A stretch of 62,237 nucleotides of DNA, filler included, from 4 parts of 4 records of this genome joined end to end with filler, not necessarily neighbours in it, one strand, 5' to 3'. Positions 52,739 through 61,973 are shown, counted from the whole stretch's first letter. Program-made: numbers and translations. The notes: generated by a model not told the origin, from the letters alone.

Positions 52739-55700
52739 ATGTTTAACAAGCTGCTTATCGCCAATCGGGGTGAAATCGGAATTCGTATCGCCCGAACGGC
52801 CGGTGCGATGAGGATTGAGACAGTCGCAATCTATACCTCAGACGATGCCCGATCCTTGCATGTGAAACACGCAGATCAATCCGTTGAGCTGCCGCAAGCG
52901 GGGGGCAAGGGGTATCTTGATATCGAAGCGATCCTAAAGATCGCGGCAGAGACCGACTGCGACGCGATCCATCCCGGATATGGCTTTCTAAGCGAACGCG
53001 CCGACTTCGCACGTGCCTGTGTGTCCGCTGGGTTGACCTTTGTCGGCCCAACCCCTGAAACGCTTGAGACGCAGGGGGACAAATGGGCGGCGCGAGCTTT
53101 AGCCGCGAAAGTCGGCGTGCCAGTGCCTGTTGGGCAGGGGCCTGTGGGCTCGGTTGCTGAGGCCCAGAAAATATTCCAAGAAATCAGCGGGCCAGTCCTT
53201 TTGAAAGCAATGCAAGGCGGCGGGGGGCGCGGGATGCGCGTTGTGCGGGACGCTGATCAAATTTCAACCGCGTTTGCGCAATGTCAGGCCGAAGCCATGG
53301 CCGCGTTTGGATCGGATGAGATCTACGCAGAACAATTGCTGAGCGATGTTCGGCATATCGAAGTCCAGATCCTTGGCGACGGGCAAACAGTCACACACCT
53401 GTGGGAGCGGGATTGCTCGCTGCAACGCCGCCACCAAAAAGTCATTGAAATTGCACCGGCCCCGAACTTGCCGCCGCAAACGCGCGATCACCTCATCGCA
53501 TCGGCGCTCAAGATTGGGCAGGCCAGCCAGCTGCAAGGCCTTGCAACCGTGGAATTTCTGGTCTCCTCGGATGGGCAGCACGTCTTTATCGAAACCAACC
53601 CGCGCATTCAGGTTGAACATACCGTGACCGAAGAGGTCACCGGCTTTGATCTGGTTGAACTTCAGATACGCTTGGCCGCGGGTGAGACATTGGATCAGAT
53701 CGACCCTGGCTTATGTGTCCCTGCAGAACCGCGTGGGGTCAGCTTGCAAACGCGGGTGATTACCGAACGTCTCACGTCCGAGGGGATCATGCCCACCAGC
53801 GGTCAGATCAACGGATTTCAAATGCCATATGGCCAAGGTGTGCGCGTCGAAACGCAGGGCTATGTGGGCTATACCACGCATCCGGGGTTTGATCCGCTGC
53901 TGGCTAAGGTGGTTGTCCATGCCATGCGCGGCGGCTTGCGCGCTGCTGTACGCAAAGCGGAACGGGCGCTATCTGAAACCGTGATTTCTGGGGTCGACAC
54001 CAATCTCGATTTGATGCGCGGACTTTTACAGCGCGCTGAAATCACTGCGTGGAATGTATCCACCCAAACTCTCGATACGCTTTTGCCCGCTCTAACGGCG
54101 CCGGTCACAAGCAGGAGCTTTGCAACAACCGAAACAGTTGCGGACGTGCTATCCACACGATCGATCCCCAAGGGTCAGTGTTCAATCGATGCACCTATGC
54201 AAGGAATTGTCCGAGAGATAGCAGTCAAGGTCGGGGATCAATTCCAAGCAGGGCAAGAGCTTGCGATCATCGAAGCGATGAAGATGCAGCATGCAGTACT
54301 TGCGACCGAGGCTGGGCAGGTCAAAGAGATTTTTGATGTCGTCGGGGATCTGACAGCGCAGGATCGTCCCATCCTGTCTTATTCCCCCAGAGACGAGGGC
54401 GACGTTGACGAAATAGAGGCCGTGATCATAGACCCCGGCTTTATCCGCCCAGATCTGGCTGCACTTCAAGATCGTCTTGGCCTTACCTTGGATGCCGCGC
54501 GCCCAAAGGCCGTCGCGCGCCGCCAATCTCGGGGGCAAGAGACGACCCGAGACAGCGTTTCCGCTTTGTGCGAGGGGGGGACGTTTCATGAATACGGTCA
54601 GTTGGTTATTGCCGCTCAACGCCGCAAGCTGGGCGTCGAAGCGCTGCGCGAGATTAGCCCCGCAGATGGGATTGTGACGGGGCTCGGCAGTGTAAATGCC
54701 AACATCTTTGGCGAAACGGGGGCACAAGTCGCGATCTTGGCCTATGATTCAACGGTGATGGCGGGGACCCAAGGCGTGTTCGGACATCGTAAAACAGACC
54801 GTTTGTTGGACAAAGCCGCCGAACTCAAGCTGGCCACTGTTTTTTTGACCGAAGGGGGCGGCGGGCGGCCCAATGATGATGATTTTGCTGGAACGATGCA
54901 TTGCGCCCTTGATGTCAAAACCTTTTCTGATTTTGCCAAACTGCGGGGGTGGGGGCCTAAGATTACAGTGAATTCGGGGTTTTGCTTTGCAGGCAACGCA
55001 GCCCTGTTTGGCGCTGGGGATATCCGCATTGCGACGCGCAACAGTTGGATCGGTCTCGGGGGCCCTGCCATGATCGAAGCCGGAGGCCTTGGAACGCATC
55101 ATCCGCGAGAGGTTGGGCCGGCGCCCATGCAGGCGGAAATAGGGTTGGTGGATGTGCTGGTCGAGAGTGACGCCGATGCGATCGCAATCACGCGCAAGGT
55201 GCTGTCCTATTTTCAAGGTCGTGACAAAGAGTGGAGCGCCGAAGACGCGCGCATTTTGCGTCACCTGATCCCGGAAAACAGGCAACGCGCTTACGATGTG
55301 CGTCAGGTGATTACAGCCATGGCAGACACCGGCTCCTTTCTGGAGTTAGGGGAACAACATGCTCCAGGACTCATCACTGGGTTTATGCGAATCCAAGGGT
55401 ATCCGATGGCAGTGATGGCGAATAATTCCCTTCACCTCGGGGGCGCGCTAGACGCGCCCGCTTCGGCAAAAGGTGCGCGCTTCTTGCGCTTGGCGGGGCG
55501 GTTTAACCTACCGGTGGTGTCTCTGTGTGACACGCCCGGTTTCATGGTTGGACCCGAAAGCGAAACCCAAGGGGCCGTTGGCGCTGCCTGTGAGTTTATC
55601 GAGGCAGGCGCAACGCTCAGCAGCCCGATTTTGTTTGTCTGTTTGCGCAAAGGCTACGGTATAGGGGCACAAGCCATGGCCGGGGGCAGTTTTGCCAATC

Positions 55701-55963
55701 CCAGTTTTACAATCTCCTGGCCGACCGGCGAATTTGGGGCCATGGGCCTCGAAGGGGGGGTGCGATTGGGCTACAAACGCGAGCTTGAGGCCCAACCCAA
55801 CGCCGAGGCGCGCGAGGCTTTGTTCAACAAACTGGTAAATCGCGCCTATGCCGAGGGTGGAGCGTTGAACGTGGCATCCTTTAATGAAATCGACGCCGTG
55901 ATTGATCCTGCGGACACGCGCGACTGGATCGTCAAAGGGGTCGCCCTGCACCAGACACCGTAA
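52739..55963 (+). CDS. Single-chain biotin-dependent acyl-CoA carboxylase (BC-BCCP-CT fusion)
   Basis: LIANRGEI, HPGYGFLSE, GGGGRGMR, QRRHQK, RIQVEH; biotin site EAMKMQ; carboxyltransferase motifs EGGGGRP, DTPGFMVG. Confidence 0.95.
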   Translation: MFNKLLIANRGEIGIRIARTAGAMRIETVAIYTSDDARSLHVKHADQSVELPQAGGKGYLDIEAILKIAAETDCDAIHPGYGFLSERADFARACVSAGLTFVGPTPETLETQGDKWAARALAAKVGVPVPVGQGPVGSVAEAQKIFQEISGPVLLKAMQGGGGRGMRVVRDADQISTAFAQCQAEAMAAFGSDEIYAEQLLSDVRHIEVQILGDGQTVTHLWERDCSLQRRHQKVIEIAPAPNLPPQTRDHLIASALKIGQASQLQGLATVEFLVSSDGQHVFIETNPRIQVEHTVTEEVTGFDLVELQIRLAAGETLDQIDPGLCVPAEPRGVSLQTRVITERLTSEGIMPTSGQINGFQMPYGQGVRVETQGYVGYTTHPGFDPLLAKVVVHAMRGGLRAAVRKAERALSETVISGVDTNLDLMRGLLQRAEITAWNVSTQTLDTLLPALTAPVTSRSFATTETVADVLSTRSIPKGQCSIDAPMQGIVREIAVKVGDQFQAGQELAIIEAMKMQHAVLATEAGQVKEIFDVVGDLTAQDRPILSYSPRDEGDVDEIEAVIIDPGFIRPDLAALQDRLGLTLDAARPKAVARRQSRGQETTRDSVSALCEGGTFHEYGQLVIAAQRRKLGVEALREISPADGIVTGLGSVNANIFGETGAQVAILAYDSTVMAGTQGVFGHRKTDRLLDKAAELKLATVFLTEGGGGRPNDDDFAGTMHCALDVKTFSDFAKLRGWGPKITVNSGFCFAGNAALFGAGDIRIATRNSWIGLGGPAMIEAGGLGTHHPREVGPAPMQAEIGLVDVLVESDADAIAITRKVLSYFQGRDKEWSAEDARILRHLIPENRQRAYDVRQVITAMADTGSFLELGEQHAPGLITGFMRIQGYPMAVMANNSLHLGGALDAPASAKGARFLRLAGRFNLPVVSLCDTPGFMVGPESETQGAVGAACEFIEAGATLSSPILFVCLRKGYGIGAQAMAGGSFANPSFTISWPTGEFGAMGLEGGVRLGYKRELEAQPNAEAREALFNKLVNRAYAEGGALNVASFNEIDAVIDPADTRDWIVKGVALHQTP

Positions 55964-56040
55964 CGCAGCGCGTCTGCTTGTAATTTTCAGCGGCTGTAGT
56001 GCAGGATAAACCCGTTCGAACGCAAACAAAGGTGACAGTG

Positions 56041-56559
56041 ATGAGCGAGACGGCCCAGAGCGGACATGATGGTCCTTATGCCGCCCCGATTGAAGTCCGC
56101 GGGCATGCGGTGAAACCGGAATGGATCGACTATAATGGCCATATGAATGTGGGTTATTATGGCGTCGCCTTTGATCTCGCGCTCGAGGAAATGGTCGGCG
56201 ATCATCTGGGTATCGGCGAGATCTATGTAAATACCGCCGGGGCAGGGCCCTATATGATCCAATCTCATATTCAGTTCCAGCGCGAGCTGTTGGATGGGGA
56301 TCGGTTCTATTTTCATTTTCGCCTGTTGGATCATGATCACAAGCGGTTGCACTATTTTGGACAGATGTTTGCAGAAAAAGACGATGTTCTTTGTGCGACC
56401 CAAGAAGGGATGATCATGAATGTCAGCCAAACCACGGGACGTGGGGCGGATTACCCGGATTGGGTGGTGGCGCGATTGGCGCAGATGCTGGCAGATCACA
56501 AGGGCTTGGACACGGCCCCTCAAGTGGCGAACCCAATCGGCATTCGTCGAAAGGGCTGA
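56041..56559 (+). CDS. Hotdog-fold acyl-CoA thioesterase
   Basis: VKPEWIDYNGHMNVGYY, LLDHDHKRLH; start ATG 56041 (alternative GTG 55999). Confidence 0.9.
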   Translation: MSETAQSGHDGPYAAPIEVRGHAVKPEWIDYNGHMNVGYYGVAFDLALEEMVGDHLGIGEIYVNTAGAGPYMIQSHIQFQRELLDGDRFYFHFRLLDHDHKRLHYFGQMFAEKDDVLCATQEGMIMNVSQTTGRGADYPDWVVARLAQMLADHKGLDTAPQVANPIGIRRKG

Positions 56560-56611
56560 GTATTTGAGCGTGCGTAAGTAGCTCATCACTTTTCGAACGA
56601 TCAAAACGGAA

Positions 56612-56646
56612 AACGCCTGCCCGGTGGTGACACAGGGCAGGCGCTT
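56612..56646. terminator. Hairpin between convergent genes (possible bidirectional terminator)
   Basis: AACGCCTGCCC...GGGCAGGCGCTT, flanked by AAAA and GGTTTT. Confidence 0.55.
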
Positions 56647-56725
56647 GGTTTTGTCGATGCCGAAAAGGAACGGCGATGGGGCACAAGTCGGGTGTTTCCC
56701 GCATGCTGCGCCCCATTGTTAGGCT

Positions 56726-57007
56726 TTAGGCAACGAACCCTGGGTCGTCCTCGTCGTCCCAGTCGTCCTCTTGCTGCTGTGGGTCATCCTCTGGAACCGG
56801 TTGGGTCATGAGGCCCATAATGTCGGTCAGCGTTGGCTTGCTGCCGCCAGTAGTCCCTTTGGTTCCGCCCCCTTTGGTGCCACCGCTGGCATAAACGACG
56901 GTGTCTTCATCGTTCCAATCGTCTTTGGGGTCTCCATCATAAGCTGGCAGTTCATAGACCTTTCCGGCGTTGCCGCCAGTCCCGCCAGACCCTTTGGTCC
57001 CACCAGA
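56726..57007 (-). CDS. 3' end of a Gly-rich/acidic low-complexity protein (5'-truncated; absent from the ORF track)
   Basis: Open frame from the contig edge: SGGTKGSGGTGGNAGKVYELPAYDGDPKDDWNDEDTVVYASGGTKGGGTKGTTGGSKPTLTDIMGLMTQPVPEDDPQQQEDDWDDEDDPGFVA*. Confidence 0.75.
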   Translation of the reverse strand, partial: SGGTKGSGGTGGNAGKVYELPAYDGDPKDDWNDEDTVVYASGGTKGGGTKGTTGGSKPTLTDIMGLMTQPVPEDDPQQQEDDWDDEDDPGFVA

Positions 57008-57008
57008 A

Positions 57009-57108
57009 NNNNNNNNNNNNNNNNNNNNNNNNNNNNNNNNNNNNNNNNNNNNTTAATTAATTAANNNNNNNNNNNNNNNNNNNNNNNNNNNNNNNNNNNN
57101 NNNNNNNN
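57009..57108. other. Artificial contig linker
   Basis: N44-TTAATTAATTAA-N44. Confidence 0.99.
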
Positions 57109-57591
57109 ATCGGCGCCCACGTCCAGCATCACGTTGAACCCATGCGGGTTGCGGGACGGCCAAAGACAGGCGATGGCGGGGCGGTTTACACCCTCGATCT
57201 TGCGCAGGCGCACCATGCTGATCGCCATGAGTGCGCCGGTATTGCCGCAGCTGATCGCAACGGTCGCCTCGTGATTGCGCACCGACTCGATGGCCGACCA
57301 CATGGACGTGTCCTTGCCCGACCGCATGACCTGGCTTGGCTTGTCGTCCATCGTCACCACGCCAGCGGCGTGCCGAATGTCACAGCGCCCGACAAGCGAT
57401 TGCTTGCGGGCGATAAGACTTTCCAGCTCTGACTTGTTGCCGTGAACGATAAAGCTCAGGCCCGGGTTCTTGGCGGCGGATTTCGCCATGCCATCGACAA
57501 GCGCCGATGGCCCGCGATCCCCGCCCATAGCGTCGATTGACAGCACGACTTCGGACGTCTGGACGTCGCTTGCTCGTGCTGTTTCTGCCAT
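57109..57591 (-). CDS. plsX: Phosphate acyltransferase PlsX (3'-truncated)
   Basis: SIDAMGGDRGP, SCGNTGALM, RPAIA, LDVGA; directly downstream of rpmF. Confidence 0.96.
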
Positions 57592-57621
57592 GTTGGACCT
57601 GCCTTGGACGAACCCGCCGCG

Positions 57622-57828
57622 TTACGCTGCGTCGTCGTCCAGGTCGATCTCGTCCGCCTGTGCGATCACTTCGCGATCGGCATAGGTGCCACAGGACGGG
57701 CAGATGTGGTGCGGGCGCTTGAGTTCGCCGCAGGAGGGGCACTCGTTCGGATTGTCAGCGGTCAGAGCATCGTGAGCACGACGCATGTTCCGGCGCGAAC
57801 GGGTGACTTTATTCTGGGGGACAGCCAT
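57622..57828 (-). CDS. rpmF: 50S ribosomal protein L32
   Basis: [19 protein letters not shown] with [15 protein letters not shown] zinc ribbon. Confidence 0.99.
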   Translation of the reverse strand: MAVPQNKVTRSRRNMRRAHDALTADNPNECPSCGELKRPHHICPSCGTYADREVIAQADEIDLDDDAA

Positions 57829-57995
57829 GTCTCAACCTCGGTGTTTTTGCAGGGTGGGCTGTGGCAGCTTGCCCCCGCTTGCGTCTTTCAAATTGTTCTG
57901 TCTCGTATCCGCCTTGCATACGTCGTTCCGGCTGGTCCGGACCTGCCGGGCGCGCACGAACGGCGCGTCAGTCCTACGCGGCGAATGAGGCCGGG

Positions 57996-58023
57996 AACAT
58001 ACTCGGATTTCCCCATCATGCAA
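57996..58023 (-). promoter_or_regulatory. Putative sigma70 promoter for rpmF-plsX
   Basis: TTGCAT-N16-TATGTT on the minus strand, about 165 nt upstream of rpmF. Confidence 0.45.
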
Positions 58024-58051
58024 GCCCTAATCACCGCCCCGGCAATGTCCG

Positions 58052-58627
58052 TTAATCAGAGCTGCCATCGCCGCCCGATTTGCCCAGTTTGTCTCGCAAT
58101 TGTGCAAGTCCGGCAAAGGGTTTCGCGGCCTCGTCGCTCATCGGTTCCAGTCCCGGTTCGGCAAAATTCGCGCGCTCAAGCTCTGCCCCGTCGGCGCGGG
58201 GGTAGAGGGGCAGGTTCAGCGCCAGAGCCTCGGCCATGACCGTCGCGGGGTCGATTTCAGCGGCCAGAGGTTCGATCGTGTCATCATCGGGCATCTCCGC
58301 TTCGCCGGTCTCATCCAGGGTCAGGTCGGGCATCTTGGCCAGAAACCGGCGGGTGACATCGACGTCGATCCGGGTCGTGACCGGGGCCAGCGTCACCACG
58401 CAGGACTGAACAACCGTGGCCCCGAGCTTGCCGTCAAGTCGCCAGTCGCGTTTGCCGTCGGCCCGAATCTCTCCGACGAAGCGCAGCTTGCGAATCCCCT
58501 CGATGTCGAGCTCTGCCGCCAACGCCCCGCGCGCGGGCGCATCTGGGTTGATTTCGAAGCGGGTCGGTGACTTCGTGGGCAGATCGGACACCGCATATCC
58601 GGTTCCAATGCGTTTTGAAGGGGTCAT
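58052..58627 (-). CDS. yceD: YceD/DUF177 family protein
   Basis: ATVVQSCVVTLAPV, EALALNLPLYPR, KPFAGLAQL; conserved position upstream of rpmF. Confidence 0.92.
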   Translation of the reverse strand: MTPSKRIGTGYAVSDLPTKSPTRFEINPDAPARGALAAELDIEGIRKLRFVGEIRADGKRDWRLDGKLGATVVQSCVVTLAPVTTRIDVDVTRRFLAKMPDLTLDETGEAEMPDDDTIEPLAAEIDPATVMAEALALNLPLYPRADGAELERANFAEPGLEPMSDEAAKPFAGLAQLRDKLGKSGGDGSSD

Positions 58628-58770
58628 GAGCGGTTCCTGTTCGATGCGACACGCGGTCGGCAGGTTACGCGGAACTTGCCCTGTGCGCCATGGTCGGTTA
58701 AGCCGATAGAAAGCTTTGCCGGGCCTTGCAAGAGCCCGGCGCAATTGGGCGTGCAGGAGGATCAGGGCAG

Positions 58771-59232
58771 ATGATCAGACAGCTTCGAGGCGGACGGCTG
58801 ATTTTGGCGGCTTTCCTGGCCCTTGGCGTCAGCGCCTGTTCGGCGACGTACACCAATCACGGCTATATCCCGCCAGCCGAGGATCTGGAGATGATCCTGC
58901 CCGGCGTAGATACCCGTGACAGCGTCGCCGAAACCATAGGTCGCCCCGCCGCATCCGGGATCGTGTCGGAAGACACCTGGTTCTACGTGGCCTCGCGCCA
59001 GCGCCATTTCACCTACCACGCCGCCGAGGTGGTCGAGCGCGATATCGTCGCCATCAGTTTCGATAGCCGGGGAACGGTTGAAAACATCCGTGAACTGGGC
59101 CTCGAAGACGGTGAAGTTGTGCGGTTTTCCCGTCGTGTGACCCAATCCAACATCCAGGAAGTGACATTCCTGCGTCAGCTTGTCGGCAGCATCGGCCGGG
59201 TGAACATCGCCGAAGCGCTGAACGGCCAGTGA
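58771..59232 (+). CDS. bamE: Outer membrane protein assembly factor BamE
   Basis: Lipobox VSAC, HGYIP, PGVDTRDSVAETIGRP, WFYV, VAISFD; divergent from yceD. Confidence 0.92.
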   Translation: MIRQLRGGRLILAAFLALGVSACSATYTNHGYIPPAEDLEMILPGVDTRDSVAETIGRPAASGIVSEDTWFYVASRQRHFTYHAAEVVERDIVAISFDSRGTVENIRELGLEDGEVVRFSRRVTQSNIQEVTFLRQLVGSIGRVNIAEALNGQ

Positions 59233-59390
59233 CGGCAGATCAGGCCCACCAGACCCCGAGCCCGGTGCCATTCCGTTCCGGCGCGTAAGGTTAAGGCTTG
59301 TCGTAAGGATGTCATGGCCCCACAGTAGGGGGGTATGACACATGGTAGGTGCCGCGTATCCGAGGGCACCAGAACACGAAGGTTCAGGAC

Positions 59391-60143
59391 ATGAACCGAC
59401 CGCTGACGCTGACCCGAGGCCGCTATACTGCCAGATTTGCTGTGTCCGAGGGCGATCTTCTGGCTGCGCAACAGCTTCGATACCTGTGTTTTAGGGGCAG
59501 GCAACGGGACGGCACCGGAATTGATAGCGACCGGTTTGACAGCATCTGCCGACATGTTCTGATCGAAGACACCCTGACGGGGCAATTGGTCTGCTGTTAC
59601 CGGTTGCTGTACCTCAACAGCGGGTCCGGGATCTCGCGCAGCTATTCTGCCCAAGTCTACGATCTGTCCGGCCTTCGGGCCTTCGATCGCCCCATGACCG
59701 AGATGGGCCGCTTCTGCATCCATCCGCAGCGGTTCGACCCGGATATCCTGCGGCTGGCCTGGGGAACCATGACCGCGTTCGTGGATCGCGAAGGGGTCGA
59801 GATGCTGTTCGGGTGTTCCTCGTTCAAGGGAACCGACGCCACGATATATGCCGATGTGTTTTCACGTCTGCGGGACCGCCATATCGCGCCCGAGCATTGG
59901 CGCCCTGGCGTCAAGGCGGCTTGTGTGGTCGGGTTTGCCGCCAGACCGGGTGGCGAACCCTCGCCCATCCCGGCGCAATCCGAAATGCCGCCGCTTCTGC
60001 GCACCTATCTGCTGATGGGGGGCTGGGTCAGTGATCATGCGGTTGTGGACGCCGATCTGGACACGCTGCATGTGTTCACCGGGCTGGAAATCCGGGCTGT
60101 GCCACCTGGACGGGCCCGGTTGCTGCGGGCGTTGGCCAAATAG
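59391..60143 (+). CDS. olsB: GNAT-family N-acyltransferase, ornithine-lipid synthase OlsB-like
   Basis: AAQQLRYLCF, DSDRFDSICRH, EMGRFCIHP, LFGCSSF, PPLLRTYLLMG, VDADL. Confidence 0.8.
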   Translation: MNRPLTLTRGRYTARFAVSEGDLLAAQQLRYLCFRGRQRDGTGIDSDRFDSICRHVLIEDTLTGQLVCCYRLLYLNSGSGISRSYSAQVYDLSGLRAFDRPMTEMGRFCIHPQRFDPDILRLAWGTMTAFVDREGVEMLFGCSSFKGTDATIYADVFSRLRDRHIAPEHWRPGVKAACVVGFAARPGGEPSPIPAQSEMPPLLRTYLLMGGWVSDHAVVDADLDTLHVFTGLEIRAVPPGRARLLRALAK

Positions 60144-60174
60144 CCCTTTGCTGCAATTGTACGCAACCGTTCAG

Positions 60175-60206
60175 AAAAAACGGGGCGAACATGGTGTCCG
60201 CCCCGT
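60175..60206 (-). terminator. Rho-independent terminator of the DUF1127 transcript
   Basis: Minus strand ACGGGGCGGAC-ACCAT-GTTCGCCCCGT followed by a T-run. Confidence 0.85.
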
Positions 60207-60257
60207 CGCGCATTCGGTCAGGCCGGGAAGAGATCGGCCCCCGCGCCGCGACTGTGG

Positions 60258-60482
60258 TCAGCGGGTCCAGGGACGGGCGGTCAGTTCCCGTTCGGCTTCG
60301 GACCGGCTGATGCCGATATCGTTCAACAGGTGATCATCCAGCCGTTTCAACCCTTTGCGGGTATGTCGGCGTTCCTCCCACTTGACCAGCAGCACCACAA
60401 TACGCAGCGCGGTGGCAGAGACCGGGGTCAGTTGACGACCGGACAGAAAGCCAAGGGCGGAGTGCGTCTGTGCCTGTGTCAT
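60258..60482 (-). CDS. DUF1127 (YjiS-like) small protein, 74 aa
   Basis: KWEERRHTRKGLKRLDDHLLNDIGISRSEAERE..RPW; AAGGA RBS upstream of ATG 60482. Confidence 0.93.
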   Translation of the reverse strand: MTQAQTHSALGFLSGRQLTPVSATALRIVVLLVKWEERRHTRKGLKRLDDHLLNDIGISRSEAERELTARPWTR

Positions 60483-60500
60483 GAGGAGATCCTTTCTCAG

Positions 60501-60593
60501 ATTGTATTGACACAATATGGCGGAAATGCCATTGATATATTGATACAAAGCGATATGAACCGCGTCGAGAGAAACATTGTAATGAATACAAAT
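60501..60593. promoter_or_regulatory. Putative MocR operator repeats in the DUF1127/MocR divergent promoter
   Basis: ATTGTATTGACACAAT (60501-60516), ATATATTGATACAAA (60535-60549) and ATTGTAATGAATACAAAT overlapping the MocR start; all share the TGT/TAT...ACAA pattern. Confidence 0.55.
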
Positions 60594-61973
60594 TGGCAGC
60601 CGGACCTGAGTGGTCACTCTGGCCCCAAGTATCGGGCGCTGATGGACTCGATCCGCGCGGGAATCGCCTCCGGCGCGCTTGGAATCGGGGACAGGCTGCC
60701 GCCGGTGCGCGATCTGGCATGGCGCTTGTCGATCACGCCGGGCACCGTCGCCCGTGCCTATAAAAGCCTGACTGATGATGGTGTGTTGGAGGCCGCAGTG
60801 GGTCGGGGCACCTTTGTGGCCGGTAAAACACCGCAACTCCCGGAAGCCGAACCGCTCTATGTTCATAGCGACGAAGCCGTCGATCTGCGCAGCAGCCCGG
60901 TGCCGGATGTGGGGCAGGGGCCTGTGATCGGGCAGATGCTGGCACGCATCGCACTGACCAGCAATTATGTGGGCTATCCCACGGCCGACACCGACCATAC
61001 CGCGCGCGCAGCCGTGGCCGACTGGATCGGGCAGGGGCTGCTCGGTCGTATCGGCGCTGATGATGTGGTGATGGCCCATGGCACCCAGAACGCCATTATC
61101 CTTGCGCTTCAGGCGGTCCTGTCGGGGCCGTCGCCGGTGATCCTGACCGAGGATCTGACCTATCCCGGTGTGCGCCACGCGGCGCGGCTGTTGCGGGCGC
61201 GGGTGGTGCCATTGGCAATGGATGGCGACGGTATTCTGCCCGAAGCCCTGGAGGCCGCCTGTCGTGAACATGGCGGACAGGTGCTGATCACTGCCGCGAT
61301 GGTGCATTCCCCCACCACCCGCACGACACCGCTGGCCCGCAAGCAGCAACTGGCGGCGCTGGCGCGGAAATATCAGCTTCAGGTGCTGGAGGATGATTGT
61401 TTTCGCCTTGGCGATCCGGGCGATGTGCCGGGCTATAGGCTGTTGTTGCCGGAACGCGGTTGGTATCTGTCATCGCTGACCAAATCGGTCAGTTCTTCCC
61501 TGCGCTTCGGCTTCATTGTCTGTCCGCAGGGATGGGCCGACACCACGCGCCAGACCGCCCAATCGAGCTTTTACGGATTGCCGCAACCGGTGCTCGACCT
61601 GGGGGCGGAACTGATCCGCAGCGGCGAGGCCGCCCGCATCCGAGATCTGGTGCTTAGGGCAGACCGCCACCGGGTGCGGCTGGCCGTCAACGCGCTTGGC
61701 GGATGGGATCTGGAGTGGCGCCCGGATGTGCCCTATGTCTGGCTTCGCCTGCCGCGCGGGTGGCGGGCATCTACCTTCGCGCGGGCCTGCGAGGCACGGG
61801 GGATCCGCATCAAATCCGCCGATGAGTTCGCGCTGGAAGATGGCACCGCCCCCTCTGCGGTGCGCATCGCCTGCAACTCGACCGCATCAGAGGCCCGCTA
61901 TGAGGCAGCGCTGCGCGATCTGAGCGATCTGCTGGCAAATCCGCCTCTGAAAGCCGATGTTTTGATGGGGTAA
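60582..61973 (+). CDS. MocR/GabR-family regulator (GntR wHTH plus PLP-dependent aminotransferase-like domain)
   Basis: GDRLPPVRDLAWRLSITPGTVARAY, GRGTFV, EDLTYPG, HSPT, EDD, SLTKSVSSSLRFG. Confidence 0.95.
   Translation: MNTNWQPDLSGHSGPKYRALMDSIRAGIASGALGIGDRLPPVRDLAWRLSITPGTVARAYKSLTDDGVLEAAVGRGTFVAGKTPQLPEAEPLYVHSDEAVDLRSSPVPDVGQGPVIGQMLARIALTSNYVGYPTADTDHTARAAVADWIGQGLLGRIGADDVVMAHGTQNAIILALQAVLSGPSPVILTEDLTYPGVRHAARLLRARVVPLAMDGDGILPEALEAACREHGGQVLITAAMVHSPTTRTTPLARKQQLAALARKYQLQVLEDDCFRLGDPGDVPGYRLLLPERGWYLSSLTKSVSSSLRFGFIVCPQGWADTTRQTAQSSFYGLPQPVLDLGAELIRSGEAARIRDLVLRADRHRVRLAVNALGGWDLEWRPDVPYVWLRLPRGWRASTFARACEARGIRIKSADEFALEDGTAPSAVRIACNSTASEARYEAALRDLSDLLANPPLKADVLMG

Noticed and set aside
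27392..57108. Three TTAATTAATTAA palindromes in N-runs, and apparent gene neighbourhoods or GC shifts across them
   Set aside because: These are identical 100-nt artificial linkers. The flanking DNA comes from different contigs and probably different organisms, so the shifts are not genomic islands and cross-linker synteny has no meaning.
60258..61349. 363-aa minus-strand ORF and the 547-aa extension of the MocR ORF from 60330
   Set aside because: Both are upstream over-extensions. The supported genes are DUF1127 (60482-60258) and MocR starting at 60582.
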